The translations under genes and the position numbers were made by a program. Positions 59,318 to 64,000 of a stretch of 64,000 nucleotides of DNA are shown here, in pieces (the first letter of the stretch is position 1; every line of letters starts with the position of its first letter). The stretch is from Longimicrobiales bacterium (lineage in GTDB: Bacteria; Gemmatimonadota; Gemmatimonadetes; Longimicrobiales; Gaopeijiaceae): positions 2,336,001 through 2,400,000 of the forward strand of contig CBDAON010000004.1 of the NCBI GenBank assembly GCA_965198065.1. Reading direction: 5' to 3'. The notes beneath the pieces were generated by a model. That model made no database searches and was not told the origin of the DNA. It worked only from the letters and a program-made list of their open reading frames with translations.

Positions 59318-62128
59318 ATGCAAAGAACACTACGGCAGGTGGCCGGGGCCCGCGTGTCGGGGGCTCTCCTTCTTCTTCTCGCGGGCGCATCGGCGCTCGC
59401 GGCGCAGCAGGGTGCCATTCAAGGGAGCGTAACGGACGCCGAGACGGGAGCGGGGGTCCCGACCGCGCTCGTGACCGCCGCGGGACAGGACGGGCGCGAG
59501 GCCGGCGCGGTCCTCACGAACCGGGACGGACAGTACCGGATCGCGCTTCCGCCCGGCTCGTATGCGCTGACGGTGTCTGCTATCGGGTACGGGACACAGG
59601 AGATGGGGAGCGCACAGGTGTCGGGAACGGGCACGGCCACCTCGAACGCGACCGTCGGGAGACGGACGATCGAGCTCGCTCCGCTCGTGGTGAGCGTGGG
59701 ACGCACGTACGAGAAGGCCATTACCGCCCCAGCGCATGTCGAGGTCATTTCCCAGGAGGTCGTGCGCAGCCGCCCGACGATTACGCCAATAGACCATGTG
59801 CGCTCGATTCCCGGCGTAGACGTGATCTCCCAGGGACTCCAGTCCACGAACGTCGTGGTGCGGGGCTTCAATAACATCTTCTCGGGAGCGCTCCAGACCC
59901 TCACGGACAACCGGATCGCGAGCGTTCCGTCGCTTCGCGTGAACGTCATGAACTTCGTGCCCACCACGGACGAGGATATCGAGAGGATCGAGATCGTCCT
60001 CGGACCCGGCTCAGCGTTGTACGGGCCGAACACCGCGAACGGCGTGATGCACATGATCACCCGGTCTCCACTGACCAGCCCCGGCTCCTCGGTGAGCCTC
60101 ATGGCGGGTGAGCGGAGCGTGCTCGGGGGCACGGTGAGGATCTCGGGCCGGCCGTCCGAAACGTTTGGGCTCAAGATCTCGGGACAGTACCTCCAGGGGG
60201 ACGAGTGGATCTACCGGGACTCCGTGGAGGTGGCCGAGGTCGCCAAGTTCGAATCGGATCCGGCCTTCTGGAGGCAGGACCTCATGTCTGCCGCCGGGAT
60301 CGATCAGGCGGAGGCCGACCGCAGAGTCGCACGCGTTGCCGCCCGGGACTTCTCGATCGAGCGATGGAGCGGCGAGCTCAGAGCGGACTGGGCGATCGAC
60401 GAGCGCACGACCGCTGTCTTCACGACCGGGATCTCGAACGCCGCCAGTCAGATCGAGCTCACGGGCCTGGGCGCCGGCCAGGTGGACGACTGGCGGTACA
60501 AGTTCTATCAGGCGCGAGTGAGCCGGGACCGCTTGTTCGCTCAGCTCTACCTGAATCAGAGCGATGCGGGGGACACGTTTCTCCTTCGCAACGGCTCTCC
60601 GATCGTGGACCACTCGGAGCTGTTCGTGGCGCAGCTCCAGCATGGCGCGACTCTCGGCGCCCGCCAGACGTTCACGTACGGGCTCGACTTCATCTGGACG
60701 AATCCGGACACCGAAGGCACGGTCAACGGTGCCTACGAGGACGAAGACAAGACCACGGAGGTCGGAGGCTACATCCAGTCCGAGACCGAGCTCACGCCGA
60801 CCCTGGACTTCGTGCTCACCGGCCGGGTCGATGAGCACTCGGCCCTTCCGGACCCTGTCTTCTCTCCCCGGGCCGCCCTCGTGTACGAGCCCGTGCAGGG
60901 ACAGGCCTTCCGCCTGACCTTCAATCGGTCGTTCTCGACGCCGACCTCGATCAACCAGTTCCTTGATCTCGGGACGGCGAGCCCGGATCGGAGCGCCGGG
61001 CTCCTGGGCTTCAGCGTGCGGGTGCAGGGGACGGGGGAGAGGGGCTTTTCCTTCGCGCAGCCGGACGGGTCGTACCTCATGCGAGTGCCCGCGCTTCTCG
61101 GAGGGCCGAATCAGCTCCTTCCCGCAGCGAACGTGGCCCTGTTCTGGCCGGCCGCGGTCCAGGTCCTTGCCCAGCAAGCTGCCGCACTGGGCAGGCCGAT
61201 TCCCCAGGACCAGGTGAACTATCTCCTCACGCTCCAGCCTACGGAGGAGGACATCGCGCCGGGTTATCGTGACCCGGTAACCGACGAGCTGGGGCTCCTG
61301 GCCAACCGGGAGGTCCCGGATCTGGCGCCCATTCGGGAATCCACGCAGACGGGGTTCGAGGTCGGCTACAAGGGTCTCCTGGCGGGGCGGACGGTCCTCG
61401 CCGCCGACGTGTGGTATTCGCGTATCGAGCGCTTCGTCACGCCGCTGACCGTCCAAACGCCGTTCGTGACGCTTGCTCAAGGATCGGTTGCCACCTACCT
61501 CGTTCCGCGCCTTCAAGCGATCGGGATGGAGCCTGCGGTGGCGGAAGCCACGGCGGCGGAGCTCGCGGCTGGAATCGCGGCCATTCCGGTGGGCGTCGTT
61601 TCGTCGGCGGACGTGAACGCGAACGGCGCGCAGCTCCTGGCCACGTACTCGAACTTCGAGAAGGACATCGACCTGTGGGGCGTAGACCTTTCCGCGACGT
61701 ACCTGCTCAATAACGCATGGTCTGTAAGCGGAAACGCGTCGTTCGTGAACGAGGATTCGTTCACGAGCGAGCGCGGTCAGACCGTCGTGCTCAACGCGCC
61801 CAAGTCCAAGGGTGGCCTGGCGATCAGCTACCACGACAACGGGAGGGGCGTGGACGCCGAGCTGCGCGCGCGCTTTACCGGGGACTTCCCGGCGGCCTCC
61901 GGCGTGTACGAGGGATTGGCCTGCATCCCGGCGGGTGAGGGGGATAGCGACCCATGCGTCGATTCCAGCACTCTGGTGGACCTGAACCTGTCGCACCGGA
62001 TCCCGGGATTCCCGTCCGCCACGGTCCAGCTCTCCGTCCAGAACCTCTTCGACAGCGAGTATCGGAGCTTCCCCGGAGTCGCGCGAAGCGGCCGCCTGGG
62101 GCTCGTCCGGCTCCGCTACGAGTTCTGA
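59318..62128 (+). CDS. TonB-dependent receptor
   Basis: Signal peptide, carboxypeptidase-regulatory-like domain, DIERIEIVLGPGSALYGPN plug motif, NLFD...RYEF terminus. Confidence 0.92.
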   Translation: MQRTLRQVAGARVSGALLLLLAGASALAAQQGAIQGSVTDAETGAGVPTALVTAAGQDGREAGAVLTNRDGQYRIALPPGSYALTVSAIGYGTQEMGSAQVSGTGTATSNATVGRRTIELAPLVVSVGRTYEKAITAPAHVEVISQEVVRSRPTITPIDHVRSIPGVDVISQGLQSTNVVVRGFNNIFSGALQTLTDNRIASVPSLRVNVMNFVPTTDEDIERIEIVLGPGSALYGPNTANGVMHMITRSPLTSPGSSVSLMAGERSVLGGTVRISGRPSETFGLKISGQYLQGDEWIYRDSVEVAEVAKFESDPAFWRQDLMSAAGIDQAEADRRVARVAARDFSIERWSGELRADWAIDERTTAVFTTGISNAASQIELTGLGAGQVDDWRYKFYQARVSRDRLFAQLYLNQSDAGDTFLLRNGSPIVDHSELFVAQLQHGATLGARQTFTYGLDFIWTNPDTEGTVNGAYEDEDKTTEVGGYIQSETELTPTLDFVLTGRVDEHSALPDPVFSPRAALVYEPVQGQAFRLTFNRSFSTPTSINQFLDLGTASPDRSAGLLGFSVRVQGTGERGFSFAQPDGSYLMRVPALLGGPNQLLPAANVALFWPAAVQVLAQQAAALGRPIPQDQVNYLLTLQPTEEDIAPGYRDPVTDELGLLANREVPDLAPIRESTQTGFEVGYKGLLAGRTVLAADVWYSRIERFVTPLTVQTPFVTLAQGSVATYLVPRLQAIGMEPAVAEATAAELAAGIAAIPVGVVSSADVNANGAQLLATYSNFEKDIDLWGVDLSATYLLNNAWSVSGNASFVNEDSFTSERGQTVVLNAPKSKGGLAISYHDNGRGVDAELRARFTGDFPAASGVYEGLACIPAGEGDSDPCVDSSTLVDLNLSHRIPGFPSATVQLSVQNLFDSEYRSFPGVARSGRLGLVRLRYEF

Positions 62129-62150
62129 TGGGAGACGAGCGCCGAGGACC

Positions 62151-62546
62151 GTGACGCAGAGAGCAGATGGGGAGCCGGGTGGTGAGGGCTCGGGCTCCGG
62201 AGCCGTTCGCCTCATCGAGGGAGAGGACGATTTCCGGGCCTCGGTCCTCGAGTCCGCCGTGCCCGTTCTCGTCGCCTTCTCTGCGGTCTGGTGCGCCCCC
62301 TGCGCCTGGCTCGAGCCGTACCTCGAGGAGATTCAGCGACAGGGCGGGGAACGGATCCACACGGCCAAGGTGGACGTGGATCGTGACCGGGAGCTCGCGC
62401 GGCGCTACGGGGTGACCAGCGTTCCCACCGTCGTCCATGTCCGGGGAGGGGAGGAGGTGGCGCGAAGCCTCGGGATCGAGCCGCACCGCCTGCGCGCCAT
62501 GGCGTTCGGCGCAACCGAGCCAGAGGACGAAGCCGCTCCAGGCTGA
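62151..62546 (+). CDS. Thioredoxin family protein
   Basis: VLVAFSAVWCAPC, KVDVD, YGVTSVPT. Confidence 0.88.
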   Translation: MTQRADGEPGGEGSGSGAVRLIEGEDDFRASVLESAVPVLVAFSAVWCAPCAWLEPYLEEIQRQGGERIHTAKVDVDRDRELARRYGVTSVPTVVHVRGGEEVARSLGIEPHRLRAMAFGATEPEDEAAPG

Positions 62547-62650
62547 TTCGAGATCGGGCCGCCCGGGCGTCGGCTGAGCCCGCGAGCCAACCGGAAACCC
62601 CGCGGCCCCTCAGCGTTGACGCGGGGTGGGCCTTTCGTATACATACGCGC

Positions 62651-63625
62651 ATGAATCCCACAGGCGGTCCCGAGTCCCGGCGCGTTCTGGTCGGCGTGCT
62701 GGGGGCGACCGGTTATACCGGGCGGGAGCTGCTCGAGCGGCTCGGCCGGCACGACGGCGTTCGCGTCGTGTTCGCCACCTCGCGCTCGGGCGCGGGGGAG
62801 CCCTCGATCCTGCCGGAGCTGCACCTCGTGTCTCCCGAGGCCGCGCCGATCGGAGACGCGGAGGTCGTCTTCCTCTGCCTTCCGCAGGGCGATGCCGCGG
62901 CATGGGTCGATGAGACGAAGCCCGCCTCTCGCGTCGTGGACCTGACGGCGGACCATCGTCCCGGCTCGGGACGGGAGAACGGATTCGTGTACGGGCTGGC
63001 CGAGCTCCACGGGGCGCAGCTCAAGGGCGCCCGGAACGTGGCGAACCCGGGCTGCTACCCGACGGGGGTTCTCATGGCGCTCGTGCCCCTCGTAAGGGCG
63101 GGCGTCATGGACCGGGAGCGGCTCACGGTCGTAAACGCGGCCTCGGGCGTGACGGGTGCCGGCCGGACCCCCCGGACCGACCTTCTCTTCGCCGAGATCT
63201 TCGGGAACTACCGAGCGTACGGCGAGGGGAACAAGCACCGGCACCTGAAGGAGATCCACGCGCTGCTCCCGGATGTCCCGATCCTCTTCCAGCCGCACCT
63301 CCTCCCCGTCTCTCGGGGGATCCTGGAGACGATCACGGTCCCAGTCCGAGACGGAGAGGGCGCGGAGGCTGTGAGGAGGTTCTGGAGAGAGGCGTTTGCG
63401 GGCGCGGGCGCGGTCGAGATCCTTCCGGAGGGTCTCCCCGACCTCACGAGGGTCGTGGAGACAGACCGGCTGGCTCTGGGAGCCGTGGACGTGGTGGGCG
63501 TGACTCCGAGAGTGGTCACGGTCGTGGCCGCGCTCGACAACCTGGGGAAGGGTGCGGCGGGACAGGCCGTCCAGAACATGAACCTCATGCTCGGGTGGCA
63601 GCTCGATCGGGGACTGCTGTGCTGA
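62651..63625 (+). CDS. argC: N-acetyl-gamma-glutamyl-phosphate reductase
   Basis: GATGYTG, ANPGCYPT, SGVTGAG, DNLGKGAAGQAVQNMN. Confidence 0.96.
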   Translation: MNPTGGPESRRVLVGVLGATGYTGRELLERLGRHDGVRVVFATSRSGAGEPSILPELHLVSPEAAPIGDAEVVFLCLPQGDAAAWVDETKPASRVVDLTADHRPGSGRENGFVYGLAELHGAQLKGARNVANPGCYPTGVLMALVPLVRAGVMDRERLTVVNAASGVTGAGRTPRTDLLFAEIFGNYRAYGEGNKHRHLKEIHALLPDVPILFQPHLLPVSRGILETITVPVRDGEGAEAVRRFWREAFAGAGAVEILPEGLPDLTRVVETDRLALGAVDVVGVTPRVVTVVAALDNLGKGAAGQAVQNMNLMLGWQLDRGLLC

Positions 63626-64000
63626 CGGTCGTCAAGATCGGCGGGGCCTGGCTGGAGGGGGGTACGCGCTCGGAGACCTTCGCCGAGTTGGCCCGCTTGA
63701 GGGGTCGCGTCGTCGTCGTGCACGGGGGAGGGAAGGAGATCTCCCGCTGGCTCGACCGCGTGGGTGTTCCCGTGGAGTGGGCGGACGGGCTCCGGGTCAC
63801 GCGCGGGGACGCGCTCACGGTGACGGCCATGGTCCTCTCCGGTTGGGTGAACAAGCGGGTCGCGGAAGCCCTGGATCGGGCCGGGCGTAGGGCATTCGGG
63901 CTCTCGGGGGAAGACGCGGGGACGATCCGCGCGCTTCCGCTCGACCCCGCCCGTTACGGCGAGGTGGGCCGCGTGGAGAGCGTCGATGCGGCCCCGCTCA
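63619..64000 (+). CDS. argB: Acetylglutamate kinase (partial, runs off window)
   Basis: VVKIGG, VVVHGGGKEI, DGLRVT, GLSGEDA; overlaps argC stop. Confidence 0.92.
   Translation, partial: MLTVVKIGGAWLEGGTRSETFAELARLRGRVVVVHGGGKEISRWLDRVGVPVEWADGLRVTRGDALTVTAMVLSGWVNKRVAEALDRAGRRAFGLSGEDAGTIRALPLDPARYGEVGRVESVDAAPL

Noticed and set aside
280..62215. Long antisense ORFs (e.g. 280-2439, 32379-34541, 57357-59111, 60011-62215)
   Set aside because: Shadow frames of real high-GC genes; Arg/Val-rich with no motifs.
62634..62656. ARG box upstream of argC (cgtatacatacgcgcatgaat)
   Set aside because: Plausible position but too weak a match to the ArgR palindrome to support by eye.

Overview
High-GC (roughly 65-70% by eye) bacterial chromosome segment. 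Gene content and style (SusC/SusD pairs, DUF5916 proteins, NHL/PQQ propellers, HEAT + HD-GYP pair) suggest a Gemmatimonadota-like organism (inference). In order: a tandem duplicated SusC/SusD locus whose two SusC copies are almost identical over the first ~2.3 kb in the window but differ in C-terminal loops, the second SusD being reduced to a remnant; an M23 peptidase; a housekeeping run (DUF512, der, plsY, gpsA, MerR, surE, pcm, yqaA); a minus-strand membrane protein / winged-helix regulator / uppS / yjbQ unit with two copies of an ACTTTG-N5-CAAAG palindrome; an accessory block with cimA preceded by a T-box riboswitch antiterminator/terminator, an ECF sigma/FecR/TonB transducer set and an IS256-family element that truncates genes on both sides; periplasmic PQQ, NHL and DUF5916 genes; copC/copD; a short Rho; a tesA-ybbA-ybbP-like ABC set; a c-di-GMP cluster (HEAT protein and HD-GYP protein sharing an unnamed N-terminal domain, plus a membrane-GGDEF-REC-HD-GYP protein); prfC; a TonB receptor; thioredoxin; argC and the start of argB. 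Many single-base frameshifts suggest long-read assembly error. No rRNA, tRNA or CRISPR array was seen. All calls come from reading the sequence; no searches were run.
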